Shown one piece after another: positions 36,901-50,070 of a DNA stretch of 64,000 bases. The stretch's first letter is position 1, and the number at the start of each line of letters is the position of its first letter. The notes beneath the pieces are model-generated. The model saw only the letters and a program-made list of their open reading frames with translations, was not told the DNA's origin and made no database searches. The position numbers and the translations under genes are program-made. The DNA comes from Macrostomum hystrix (taxonomy: Eukaryota > Animalia > Platyhelminthes): assembly GCA_950097015.1 (NCBI GenBank), contig CATNEN010000038.1, positions 35,030,001 to 35,094,000 on the forward strand, written 5' to 3'.

Positions 36901-39900
36901 TAATGTCCGGATAGGGCACCGGACTGATTGGGTACACGGTCTGCGGAGTGCAAATAAAATGAGCAACAGCTCATGAGTAATTCTCTTCAAGAAAAAATTG
37001 ATTTAGGGACTTTCACGAAAATCGTTCGCTCGGTTTGGGAGCTATCGCGAAGGTATTTGAAATATCCATTTCTGCCCTTTCTGCAGGTAATTCTAAAGAT
37101 AGCATCACACCTAATCTCTAGAAATCCTTGCCTTTATTCAACAAACTCAGCCATGTTAACAGTAGAATATTAAAGCACTAATTTAAGTTTATTGTGGTGC
37201 TTTCTTAGAAAAAACGGCTTCGAACCCAACCCAAGCAGTATTCTCACGTCTAGGAATGCAATAGTTGTCTATTATTTTGTCTATGGCCTAAAGCTATGTA
37301 CGGCTTCTTAAGCATCGGAATGCTTGAACAGTCTATGCACTTCCCTTTAATTTTAGTGGTCGTTAATTTTGATTCCATAGACTCAATTCTCACCTCTTGT
37401 CTTTCTACGTCAACTCGAATTAGATTCCATTCTCCACTTTGGACGTAGTTCTGAAAGTCAACCTGATCGCGCCTAATAACATGAATAAAAAAGGAGACGT
37501 TAGGATATGAGGTCATTAGGATATGACGTCATTAGGATATGAGGTCATTAGGACATGAGGTCATTAGGATATGAGGTCATTAGGATATGAGGTCATTAGG
37601 ATATGAGGTCATTAGGATATGAGGTCATTAGGACATGAGGTCATTAGGATATGAGGTCATTAGGATATGAGGTCATTAGGATATGAGGTCATTAGGAAAT
37701 GAGGTCATTAGGATATGAGGTCATTAGGACATGAGGTCATTAGGACATGAGGTCATTGGATATGAGGTCATTAGGACATGAGGTCATTAGGATATGAGGT
37801 CATTAGGATATGAGGTCATTAGGAAATGAGGTCATTAGGATATAAGGTCATTAGGACATGAGGTCATTAGGACATGAGGTCATTGGATATGAGGTCATTA
37901 GGACATGAGGTCATTAGGATATGAGGTCATTAGGATATGAGGTCATTAGGATTGAGACTGTCATTAAGACTGTCAATTTAATCAGTTCATTTACGCTGAA
38001 TTAAAAATAGAATGAGACTAACTTTTTTGTTATATTAACTTGAAATCCATCGTACGTCCAGGAGCCGAATTTCATAGTGCAAACCTGATCATCGAATGGA
38101 AAATAGGTGATGTCAATCTTGCAGGTGGATCGCAGTTTGGCTGGCGGCGGCCAGAACACTGTGCCATTGTAGTCAACCATCGCTTTGCTCTGCATGTAGC
38201 CCGTTGTAAAGTCATCGGCGCTGAAAATTTTTGATTGGCTGAGCGTCCTTAGTCACTTGCTCGGGATAGGAGGAATTTCCCTATTAGATTTCCTTAATAA
38301 ATTTTCTAAAAATAGTAACAAAACTTTCATTGATCAATCAAAATTGGAGGGCAATAGAATGTAGAAAGAAAGCAGAAAAGGGTCGTTGTCAAAGTCTCGC
38401 CATTGACTACTGAACGAGTAGTCAATATGGCTATAGAATTTAACGCGTCTGCCTCTCGCACCAAGGTCCCGAGCTCGATTCCACGGCGAGGCCACAGTTA
38501 AATTGGGGCGCAGCCGCGGAGAGAAGGCTTGGGGGCTTGTCGTGCAATTTACGCCTTTGAGGGCCAACCTCCAAGGCACAGTGAGAGTGTACACTGCCTG
38601 ACGATGAGAAAGTCAGGACAGATGTACACACCCTGTGTGAGCGTGTGCCTGTATACAGTATCTGTGTGCGTGTGTGCTCAGGAGTCAGCGAAATGGGCAG
38701 AATTGCCTCCTTGCTGGCTGCAGGTCTAGTGTCACCAAATAATGTTCCATTGCCCGCAGCCCTCCTAAAATAATTACTATTATTAACATTGATCTAATTT
38801 TTCTTATAATCTCCCCTCGAGTGGTTTTAAAGTACAAATTATATTTGTTTCCAATTGTCAATTGGAATTGGAATTGTTGTCAATTCAGAAAATTACGCGG
38901 TTTTGCAAGGTCGCAAACGAACACTTGTGTGTGTGTGTGTGGATGCTAAATGTCTTATCTAACTGTTTCGCATCGAATTGCATTGAACAATTTGTCGAAA
39001 CACTTGACTGTTTTGACCCCAATACAATATCCACGTAGCACTGTCATGATCAGCGATTTTTTAGTGATGCAAAAGCTTCAGATTTACGATTCGGGATTAA
39101 ATGTGCACTTTTAGGATCGAAAAGGAAAAGTACGCGCATATTTGATCTGCTAGTTGACTAATGCTACCGTCTAATAGGTGACTTGCTACATTCCCTGGTG
39201 ACTAATGCTACCGTCTAATAGGTGACTTGCTACATTCCCTGGTGACTAATGCTACTGACTAATAGGTGACTTGCTGCATTCCCCGTTGACTAATGCTACT
39301 GTCTAATAGGTGACTTGCTACATTCCCCGTTGACTAATGCTACCGTCTAATAGGTGACTTGCTACATTCCCTGGTGACTAATGCTACCGTCTAATAGGTG
39401 ACTTGCTACATTCCCTGGTGACTAATGCTACCGTCTAATAGGTGACTTGCTACATTCCCCGTTGACTAATGCTACTGACTAATAGGTGACTTGCTGCATT
39501 CCCCGTCGACTAATGCTACTGTCTAATAGGTGACTTGCTGCATTCCCCGTTGACTAATGCTACCGTCTAATAGGTGACTTGCTACATTCCCTGGTGACTA
39601 ATGCTACCGTCTAATAGGTGACTTGCTACATTCCCTGGTGACTAATGCTACCGTCTAATAGGTGACTTGCTACATTCCCCGTTGACTAATGCTACCGTCT
39701 AATAGGTGACTTGCTACATTCCCCGTTGACTAATGCTACCGTCTAATAGGTGACTTGCTACATTCCCCGTTGACTAATGCTACCGTCTAATAGGTGACTT
39801 GCTACATTCCCTGGTGACTAATGCTACCGTCTAATAGGTGACTTGCTACATTCCCTGGTGACTAATGCTACTGACTAATAGGTGACTTGCTGCATTCCCC

Positions 39901-42900
39901 GTTGACTAATGCTACTGTCTAATAGGTGACTTGCTACATTCCCTGGTGACTAATGCTACCGTCTAAAAGGTGACTTGCTACATTCCCTGGTGACTAATGC
40001 TACCGTCTAATAGGTGACTTGCTACATTCCCTGGTGACTAATGCTACCGTCTAATAGGTGACTTGCTACATTCCCTGATGACTAATGCTACCGTCTAATA
40101 GGTGACTTGCTGCATTCCCCGTTGACTAATGCTACTGTCTAATAGGTGATTAGCTACATTCCCCGTTGGCTAATGCTACTGTCAAATTGGTCATTAACAA
40201 CATTCCCTGCTGACTAATGCTACTGTCTAATTGGTCATTAACAACATTCCCTGCTGACTAATGCTACTGTCTAATAGGTGATTAGCTACATTCCCCGTTG
40301 GCTAATGCTACTGTCAAATTGGTCATTAACAACATTCCCTGCTGACTAATGCTACTGTTAAATTGGTCATTAACAACATTCCCTGCTGACTAATGCTACT
40401 GTCAAATTGGTCATTAACAACATTCCCTGCTGACTAATGCTACTGTCTAATTGGTCATTAACAACATTCCCTGCTGACTAATGCTACTGTCTAATAGGTG
40501 ACTTTCTGCATTCCCTGATGACTAATGCTACCGTCTAATAGGTGACTTGCTGCATTCCCCGTTGGCTAATGCTACTGTCAAATTGGTCATTAACAACATT
40601 CCCTGCTGACTAATGCTACTGTCAAATTGGTCATTAACAACATTCCCTGCTGACTAATGCTACCGTCTAATAGGTGACTTGCTACATTCCCTGATGACTA
40701 ATGCTACCGTCTAATAGGTGACTTGCTGCATTCCCCGTTGACTAATGCTACTGTCTAATAGGTGATTAGCTACATTCCCCGTTGGCTAATGCTACTGTCA
40801 AATTGGTCATTAACAACATTCCCTGCTGACTAATGCTACTGTCAAATTGGTCATTAACAACATTCCCTGCTGACTAATGCTACTGTCTAATTGGTCATTA
40901 ACAACATTCCCTGGTGACCAATGCTACCGTCTAATAGGTGACTTGCTGCATTCCCCGTTGGCTAATGCTACTGTCAAATTGGTCAATATGTACATTCCCC
41001 GTTGGCTAATGCTACTGTCAAATTGGTCAATATGTACATTCCCCGTTGGCTAATGCTACTGTCAAATTGGTCAATATCTACATTCCCAGCTGACTAATGC
41101 TACTGTCTAATAGGTAGTTTATAACTGTCTTATATATTATTTTCCTCCAAGATTCGTCAGTTCCGTCTTGATACTCGCATTGTCATATTTGTTTTGACAA
41201 GCTTAGAAAATGAAAATGAAGTCGTGTCCAATGAGACTTGCCAAATACTATGTCCATAAATAATTTAGTAAGACTGCAAATGCTGACATTCGAAACCTGT
41301 CCATCAAAAACACTCGGGAGTGTTTTGTTGAGGCTTCAAACTGAGTTTTCGCTATACTACGATATTTCATCACTTTCGCTAAACCAAGAGTTAAGCGGAC
41401 TTCATCTGGACATGGTTGTCAATCACCTTCCGCAGGTAACAGAAGAAATTCCAAGACAAAGTCCAACTCCGACCGAATTTCTGGGTCCAAAAAATCAAAA
41501 CAACACTCTAAGAGTGCAAAATAATCTTGAAGATGACCTCATATCCTAATGACCTCATATCCTGATGACTTCATATCCTAATGACCTCATATCCTAATGA
41601 CCTCATATCCTGATGACTTCATATCCTAATGACCTCATATCCTAATGACCTCATATCCTGATGACTTCATATCCTAATGACCTCATATCCTAATGACCTC
41701 ATATCCTAATGACTTCATATCCTAATGACATCATATCCTAATGACCTCATATCCTAATGACGTCATATCCTAATGACCTCATATCCTAATGACCTCATAT
41801 CCTAATGACTTCATATCCTAATGACCTCATATCCTAATGACTTCATATCCTAATGACCTCAAATCCTAATGACCTCATATCCTAATGACCTCATATCCTA
41901 ATGACTTCATATCCTAATGACATCATATCCTAATGACCTCATATCCTAATGACGTCATATCCTAATGACCTCATATCCTAATGACCTCATATCCTAATGA
42001 CTTCATATCCTAATGACCTCATATCCTAATGACCTCATATCCTGATGACTTCATATCCTAATGACCTCATATCCTAATGACCTCATATCCTGATGACTTC
42101 ATATCCTAATGACCTCATATCCTAATGACCTCATATCCTAATGACTTCATATCCTAATGACATCATATCCTAATGACCTCATATCCTAATGACGTCATAT
42201 CCTAATGACCTCATATCCTAATGACCTCATATCCTAATGACTTCATATCCTAATGACCTCATATCCTAATGACTTCATATCCTAATGACCTCAAATCCTA
42301 ATGACCTCATATCCTAATGACCTCAAATCCTAATGACTTCATATCCTAATGACATCATATCCTAATGACCTCATATCCTAATGACTTCATATCCTAATGA
42401 CCTCATATCCTAATGACCTCATATCCTAATGACCTCATGTCCTAATGACTTCATATCCTAATGACATCATATCCTAATGACCTCATATCCTAATGACGTC
42501 ATATCCTAATGACCTCATATCCTAATGACCTCATATCCTAATGACTTCATATCCTAATGACCTCATATCCTAATGACCTCATATCCTAATGACCTCAAAT
42601 CCTAATGACTTCATATCCTAATGACTTCATATCCTAATGACCTCATATCCTAATGACCTCAAATCCTAATGACGTCATATCCTAATGACCTCATATCCTA
42701 ATGACCTCATATCCTAATGACTTCATATCCTAATGACCTCATATCCTAATGACCTCATATCCTAATGACCTCAAATCCTAATGACTTCATATCCTAATGA
42801 CTTCATATCCTAATGACCTCATATCCTAATGACCTCAAATCCTAATGACTTCATATCCTAATGACATCATATCCTAATGACCTCATATCCTAATGACGTC

Positions 42901-45900
42901 ATATCCTAATGATCTCAAATCCTTTTGACCTTAATATTAATGACCTCGTATCCTAACGACTTCATATTTGTATATTTTCAATATCCTCAGTTATGGATAA
43001 AAATCTGAAAAAAGCATCATCAAGCCAATGACCTGTTGTACAGCACAATGTCCGGAAGCCAAATTTTCTGACACGGAATGCGCAGCACCTCCAGGCCGCT
43101 GTAGTTGCTTGGATCCCAGTGCAGCCGCTCGTCGTGCCACTCCTGTGAGGGAAGTTCGGGTGTCTGTAGCTTAGGGTGTCTGTAGCTTAGGGTGTCTGTA
43201 GCTTAGGGTGTCTGTAGCTTAGGGTGTCTGTAGCTTAGGGTGTCTGTAGCTTAGGGTGTCTGTAGCTTAGGGTGTCTGTAGCTTAGGGTGTCTGTAGCTT
43301 ATGGAGTCTGTAGCTTAGAGTGTCTGTAGCTTAGGGTGTCTGTAGCTTATGGAGTCTGTAGCTTATGGAGTCTGTAGCTTAGAGTGTCTGTAGCTTATGG
43401 AGTCTGTAGCTTAGGGTGTCTGTAGCTTAGGGTGTCCGTAGCTTAGGGTGTCTGTAGCCTGGGGATGTCTGTAGATTTAGATGACTGCAGGCTGGGGTGT
43501 CTGTCTCTCTGTCCTACTCTCTCCTATCTGTCCCATTCTTTGCCAATCTCTCATACTTTCTCACACTCTCTCTGCTCAGTACGCGTGTCATCTCACCTTT
43601 TCTGTACTCAGTCTCATTAAATTATGTTTCTCATATTCTTAAAAGTCTCACCTGTTCTAGCCAGACGTTTGTTGTTAGCACTTGATTGACTTCATCCTAG
43701 TAAAAATGGATATAAAGTTGAAACTAATTTATCAGCATAGTAAAACAAAAAAATGGATTCCAAATATATCGTTTGATCTGAAAGCAATGAATTTTGGCGT
43801 TAATGTAATTGTTGAGTTCACCAAGAACTATTTTCTGTGAGAAAATATTTTCTGCTGCAGCGAGATTGAGGTGCGAAAACTAATGTGAAGTGAGATTAGC
43901 AACGCGTCATTCATTGGAGATTTAAGAACCGCAGCTTGCCGCCAAACTCTGGTGTTAAGTACGAGGAGCATAGTAGATTAGAGTAAATAAAATGGGGAGA
44001 GCAGAAGCTAGGAATTGATTTGAGATTCCCGATAGCAAAGAGATTTTCGAGAAAATTATTTTTGTCATTTTGTGCCACATGGAAATGCTGGACCAAAGTC
44101 ATGACCTGAATTTTTTATGTCTTTTATTTGTGGAGTCGATTAAGATTAGAATCCTACTGCTTTGTATTCAGTTTTATTATACCTTGAAACTCTGGGTGCC
44201 TTTAATTTTCGCCTAAAATAGTCATAAATAATTCAGCGAGTGTGGAAACCATCTGACTCTTCTGAAACCCAAGCTGCCTCATCTGACACCTAACTGTCTG
44301 CATCTGACACCCAAGCTGCCTCATCTGACACCTAAATGTCTGCATCTGACACCCAAGCTGCCTCATCTGACACCCAACAGTCTGCATCTGACACCCAACT
44401 GTCTGCATCTGACACCCAAGCTGCCTCATCTGACACCCAACTATCTGCATCTGACACCCAAGCTGCCTCATCTGACACCTAACTGTCTGCATCTGACACC
44501 CAAGCTGCCTCATCTGACACCCAACTGTCTCATCTGACACCCAACTGTCTGCATCTGACACCCAACTGCCTCATCTGACACCCAACTGTCTGCATCTGAC
44601 ACCCAACTGTCTGCATCTGACACCTAACTGTCTGCATCTGACACCCAAGCTGCCTCATCTGACACCTAACTGTCTGCATCTGACACCCAACTGTCTCATC
44701 TGACACCCGACTGTCTGCATCTGACACCCAACTGTCTCATCTGACACCCAACTGTCTGCATCTGACACCCAACTGTCTGCATCTGACACCCAACTGTCTC
44801 ATCTGACACCCAACTGTCTCATCTGACACCCAACTGTCTGCATCTGACACCCAACTGTCTCATCTGACACCCAACTGTCTGCATCTGGCACCCAACTGTC
44901 TGCATCTGACACCCAACTGTCTGCATCTGGCACCCAACTGTCTGCATCTGGCACCCAACTGTCTGCATCTGACACCCACTGTCTCATCTGACACCCAACT
45001 GTCTGCATCTGACACCCAACTGTCTGCATCTGACACCTAACTGTCTGCATCTGACACCCAAGCTGCCTCATCTGACACCTAACTGTCTGCATCTGACACC
45101 CAACTGTCTCATCTGACACCCGACTGTCTGCATCTGACACCCAACTGTCTCATCTGACACCCAACTGTCTGCATCTGACACCCAACTGTCTGCATCTGAC
45201 ACCCAACTGTCTCATCTGACACCCAACTGTCTCATCTGACACCCAACTGTCTGCATCTGACACCCAACTGTCTCATCTGACACCCAACTGTCTGCATCTG
45301 GCACCCAACTGTCTGCATCTGACACCCAACTGTCTGCATCTGGCACCCAACTGTCTGCATCTGACACCCAAGCTGTCTCATCTGACACCCAACTGTCTCA
45401 TCTGACACCCAACTGTCTCATCTGACACCCAACTGTCTGCATCTGACACCCAACTGTCTCATCTGACACCCAACTGTCTGCATCTGGCACCCAACTGTCT
45501 GCATCTGACACCCAACTGTCTGCATCTGGCACCCAACTGTCTGCATCTGGCACCCAACTGTCTGCATCTGACACCCACTGTCTCATCTGACACCCAACTG
45601 TCTGCATCTGACACCCAACTGTCTGCATCTGACACCTAACTGTCTGCATCTGACACCCAAGCTGCCTCATCTGACACCTAACTGTCTGCATCTGACACCC
45701 AACTGTCTCATCTGACACCCGACTGTCTGCATCTGACACCCAACTGTCTCATCTGACACCCAACTGTCTGCATCTGACACCCAACTGTCTGCATCTGACA
45801 CCCAACTGTCTCATCTGACACCCAACTGTCTCATCTGACACCCAACTGTCTGCATCTGACACCCAACTGTCTCATCTGACACCCAACTGTCTGCATCTGG

Positions 45901-46728
45901 CACCCAACTGTCTGCATCTGACACCCAACTGTCTGCATCTGGCACCCAACTGTCTGCATCTGACACCCAAGCTGTCTCATCTGACACCCAACTGTCTCAT
46001 CTGACACCCAACTGTCTGCATCTGACACCCAACTGTCTCATCTGACACCCAACTGTCTTATCTGACACCCAACTGTCTGCATCTGACACCCAACTGTCTC
46101 ATCTGACACCCAACTGTCTCATCTGACACCCAACTGTCTGCATCTGACACCCAACTGTCTCATCTGACACCCAACTGTCTGCATCTGGCACCCAACTGTC
46201 TGCATCTGACACCCAACTGTCTCGTCTGACACCCAACTGTCTGCATCTGACACCCAACTGTCTCGTCTGACACCCAACTGTCTTTTTGATAGATTGATAG
46301 ATAAGGTGATCACCTGACACTCACTTGCCTGACACAAACTATCCGATATTCAGCTAAAAAATCACTGAGTTTTCTGACCTGAGTAGACAAATCGGTTCAC
46401 GAAAGTTATCTCAGGCTCGCCTGAGATGCCTTATAATATCAACTGAGACAGGTAATTATCTGTGCTCTTATGTCACAGATGTTGCTTGATTTTTACTCAC
46501 CAGTTGAGAAATCTGTATTAGTGCAATCTGGAATCGAACTTCAACAGTTTTGGCAGCGTTTAAAGTCGGCCTCGAAGCTGGATCATAGTCAGACATCAGA
46601 CTAGACAGCAATAATTGCTCGTCAGTGACAATTGCCGCTTCGCTAACGATAAATGATTGACAGATAGTTGCTAGGTAGATCACGATGAGCAGGATATTTT
46701 GCTGAGGCATTATTTTTTGTTTAATCAT
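33934..46728 (-). CDS. Nicotinic acetylcholine receptor subunit (alpha9/alpha10-like sequence, no vicinal Cys), 480 aa
   Basis: Exons 46501-46728, 43652-43696, 43033-43142, 38023-38220, 37394-37472, 36682-36940 and 33934-34457 join in frame (1443 nt). Signal peptide; [12 protein letters not shown]; [10 protein letters not shown]; Cys-loop [15 protein letters not shown]; FGSWTY; RRTLYY-M1; [11 protein letters not shown]2; M3; DRLLFW-M4. Confidence 0.93.
34895..35790 (+). mobile_element. Degenerate RTE-like LINE RT fragment in nAChR intron 6 (antisense to the gene)
   Basis: [45 protein letters not shown]; related to the 15560-16800 element. Confidence 0.85.
36248..36540 (+). mobile_element. 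tRNA-derived SINE family A, near full length
   Basis: A box TAGCCTAGTG, B box GGTTCGATTCC, CORE-like GTGTCCTTAAGCAA...CAGCTGTTAAAT, 3' GGGGCAGGTGTAATC plus (AAT)n tail. Confidence 0.8.
37497..37951. repeat. 16-bp minisatellite (TTAGGATATGAGGTCA) in nAChR intron 4
   Basis: About 28 units; exact reverse complement of the 41532-42960 unit. Confidence 0.95.
38425..38790 (+). mobile_element. Probable tRNA-derived SINE family B
   Basis: Head similar to 7648-7745 with B-box-like GCTCGATTCC; GC-rich body with a hairpin at 38588-38630; AT-rich end. Confidence 0.5.
39153..41114. repeat. 44-bp minisatellite (GACTAATGCTACCGTCTAATAGGTGACTTGCTACATTCCCTGGT) in nAChR intron 3
   Basis: About 44 units with polarised variant classes. 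Confidence 0.95.
41532..42960. repeat. 16-bp minisatellite (TGACCTCATATCCTAA) in nAChR intron 3
   Basis: About 88 units; inverted relative to 37497-37951. Confidence 0.95.
43158..43480. repeat. 16-bp minisatellite (GGGTGTCTGTAGCTTA) in nAChR intron 2
   Basis: About 20 units ending 15 nt from the exon 3 acceptor. Confidence 0.95.
44262..46283. repeat. 20/21-bp minisatellite (CATCTGACACCCAACTGTCT[G]) in nAChR intron 1
   Basis: About 98 units with a 599-bp higher-order duplication. Confidence 0.95.
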
Positions 46729-47584
46729 TTTTTAATTTCCTTTTGCTCTGCCTAAACCTATTCTACTTTCAGATTAAGCTAAATTAATTAAGTTGGCGCG
46801 CATGGACTGTCTATCTATCATTGGTTGGCTGAACTCCTCCAATCTCTAATTTTATGTTTGAGCATACTGCTAGTTGGACCCAAGCACTGGGCAATGCATT
46901 ATTTAGTTTCTTAGAATATAACAGGGTGCATTAATCAGTAAACGTACGTCGTACGGCCAAAACAAATGCCCAAATATTCAAAACAAGTTAAGGTACACTC
47001 ATACCTATAGAATCCTATTAGGAGATAATAAATCTAATACGGCTTGCCTAATTCAAGGCTTGATAGATTGAAACTGGCTATCAACTATAATAATTATTTT
47101 ACACTTTTGTACTTCTCGGACTCGTATCCGTTTCATTGACTATGCAATAAAAATTCCGGTTGCCATGCGGAATCGTCAGAGAGAAGTTCCAAAAGAGCCG
47201 ACGATCCACAATTTATTTGCCCCCCGAGCCTAAATCAACTGCGGTGTGATGGATTTTTGCCTTTCCCAGCCAAATCAACAACCTCTAAAAGCATATTTCC
47301 TACCTGATCTCTTTATTGAGCGGATGCAAACTTGGATGCATGATTAATAGTCATTGCCCTGTGGCGGCTATACAATTCTAATATATAGAAAGCGCATTCA
47401 GATGAATCTATGCGCATTGATTATTCTCTAGTCTGATGCTGCTCCCTGTGCGCATGCATGGCTGTCACAGGTGGCAGATTGGATGATAAAATTATTCGTT
47501 AAACGTAACCTCTCATTTCTGAATATGTTTTTACGTTCAATATGGTGGTTTGTATCTGAATTGTATCTCTATGTCTACACACAT

Positions 47585-47879
47585 GATTACACCTGCCCCA
47601 ATTGGGTCAGATGTGCAGCCGACAGCACAGCCTCAGCTATTGCGCGGCGCATCTGAAGGCTGCGTACGGCTGTTCGATCAGTCCATGGACTGGGGGGACG
47701 CAATACTTACCTTCAATTATCCCAGCTAATGCTGGTAATCATTTAACAGCTGGGTCAACTGAAGCAATGCAGAGTTAAGTGTCATGCTAAACGACACAAA
47801 TTGTTCCAGTGGAGTCGGGAATCGAACCCCCGACCTTCAAGTCGGGAGTCTGACGCCCTAACCACTAGGCTAAAAACTC
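47585..47879 (-). mobile_element. tRNA-derived SINE family A, full length
   Basis: Minus strand: TAGCCTAGTGGTTAG (A box), GGTTCGATTCCC (B box), CORE-like ACACTTAACTCTGCATTGCTTCAGTTGACCCAGCTGTTAAATG, ends GGGGCAGGTGTAATC. Confidence 0.85.
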
Positions 47880-50070
47880 TTTTGAAACTCTAACTCTAAA
47901 CAAGGGAGATTGTCGGGTGAGACGAGTAATGGTGAAATGGATGATAAACTTTTTCGTTAAACGTGCTAGAATTATGTCTAGCACGTGATCTGTCGCCATT
48001 TTCTGCAAGTCATCTGCCTGATTATACAACTATTTACAGGCTAAATGCCAATATTATGTTTTATACTATTTTCATGGTGAAAACCATCCCATTTGAGTCT
48101 TATAATTTAACACCTGCACATTTGGTTTTGATCGAGCTATCGTATTCGTTTTTATTACATCGTATTCGGATCTAAATTCGATACTATTTAGTTGTCATTA
48201 GATAAATTGCTGTTTTTGAAATGACGGTTTTAATTGAATATTCATGATTACGTGAAATTTAATTTAGGAAGCCCACAATGTACTCAGAGCTGTAAAAAAT
48301 GCAAGTAGCTACTTGTGTTCATTTTTGTATTGTCAACCCTCAAGAAACAGCCAAAAGATATCAAACGGCCAAAAGCTCGATAGATGACTTTTCTCAAGTC
48401 TAATAGGTCTCATAGTGACACTTCTAAAAAGCACTTTAAAATAATTTTACTGAAAATTGCAATGATCAAAATAATTAATTCTTTTGAGAGAACTGATATA
48501 ATTAATAAGAAATGACAGACAATTGCATTCTTCAAGCCCTAAGGTTCAACATACGAGCTATTTAACAGTCGTTGAATGCTGTAGCTCATATTTGCATCAG
48601 GCCCTATTAGGAATTCCAAAGCTGATTACACCATGTCGTGAATGCGCGCCACACTTTAAATGAATAATCCATTTATTTACTTGCACTATGAATTGATCAA
48701 TTTTGCGTTTTCGTCTAAAACAAAGTTTTATTTTGACCAAACGTATATATTTTTAGGTCTTTTTAAATCCTAAGCTACCTAAATAAGGTACATTGGTAAT
48801 TTAGTATTTAAACACTCAAAGGCCTTAATTTAGGTTTCAGTTTTTGTTTATGTTTAAAAAATCAGCATGACCAGGCCATTTTTAAATTCCTACTTTCACG
48901 TGAGTGTACCGTGTGGCCATACTCTTTGCACTTGCAGTATATTTCAATGTGTTTATACCACGGACCGGTGTTTAATTTTAATTTTTATCTTAACATTTTA
49001 CATTGCCCTCAAGAGGAAATACATTTTAAATGTTACATTAACGAATAATATAGTATCAAATACTTAACTAATAGCTACTAGAGGAAAACGTAGAACCTGA
49101 ACCTCATCGTTTTCCCAGCTAGGCCTACTCCTTCTCCAGAAAAGTGTACACTAAAAGGATACGTTGTTTATTTATTCTAAAAGTCACAAAACTTACACTT
49201 CAAGCAATAGTGAAAGATAGCCTTCAAACAGGCCTATAGTGTAATATGTTAATGTATGTAGTAGTACTGATTCTGATGTAGTTGAACTTAAGTTAATCTA
49301 GATAGGGACCAGCTAGCTTGTTAAGCAACTGCTGCTTAGCTTCTTTGGACAAATCGCTTAGAAGTTATATTGTAGCTAAACTATAATATTGAGACTAATA
49401 AACATAGTTAGTATTGACTGTTTGTGTGCCTAGATCAAGGTCTATGCCAAATTGAGCTGGCTAGCTGGCTAGGGTAATCAATGTATCATCAACCAAACAA
49501 GAATGTGTATTTTTTTAACTTCAAACCTAAGTTACAGATTTTCTATTTAAGATATGATGATAAATCAAAAGCCAAGTTATAGAAAACAGTTACATCTTTC
49601 TAAAAAGTATCTGCTTTTGCTATTTTATCAAATAGAAAAACGTTATTCCTGCTTTTTATTTAAAACCAAACAATGATTTTCATGTATCTTCAAACCAAAC
49701 AGAGAATTTGATGTTTGGTTTTACAATTTGAGTGAGTGGTTTAATCTTCTTTTAAGGAGTGAACTATCATGAATTATGTAATTTGAAAGCATTTTTCATG
49801 CTCTATAAATGACTACATTTATGGTCATTTAATTGGCAAGCAACCACATACAATCTTCGTCTAAAGTACATACAGAAAAAATGTTGTTAAAAAGTATGCT
49901 TTTGCAATAAAAATTTCTACTGAAACATCAATATCTTTCTTTCCTCTTAATGTTTCATTGCTCATCATGCCTCAGCTTGTAGATAATTTCTTTGACTTTT
50001 AAATTAGTTGTTCTGTGAAACACAATCTAGCTTGTTTCTGTCTTGCACAAGACCAAGGAAAAAGTCAAAA

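Noticed and set aside
38586-38632. Hammerhead ribozyme (CTGACGA-TGA-GAAA-GTC)
   Set aside because: No stem II between the core boxes, and the bases are sequestered in a simple hairpin (GTGTACA-CTG-CCTGAC/GTCAGG-ACAG-ATGTACAC); an Infernal search with the Rfam hammerhead models would settle it.
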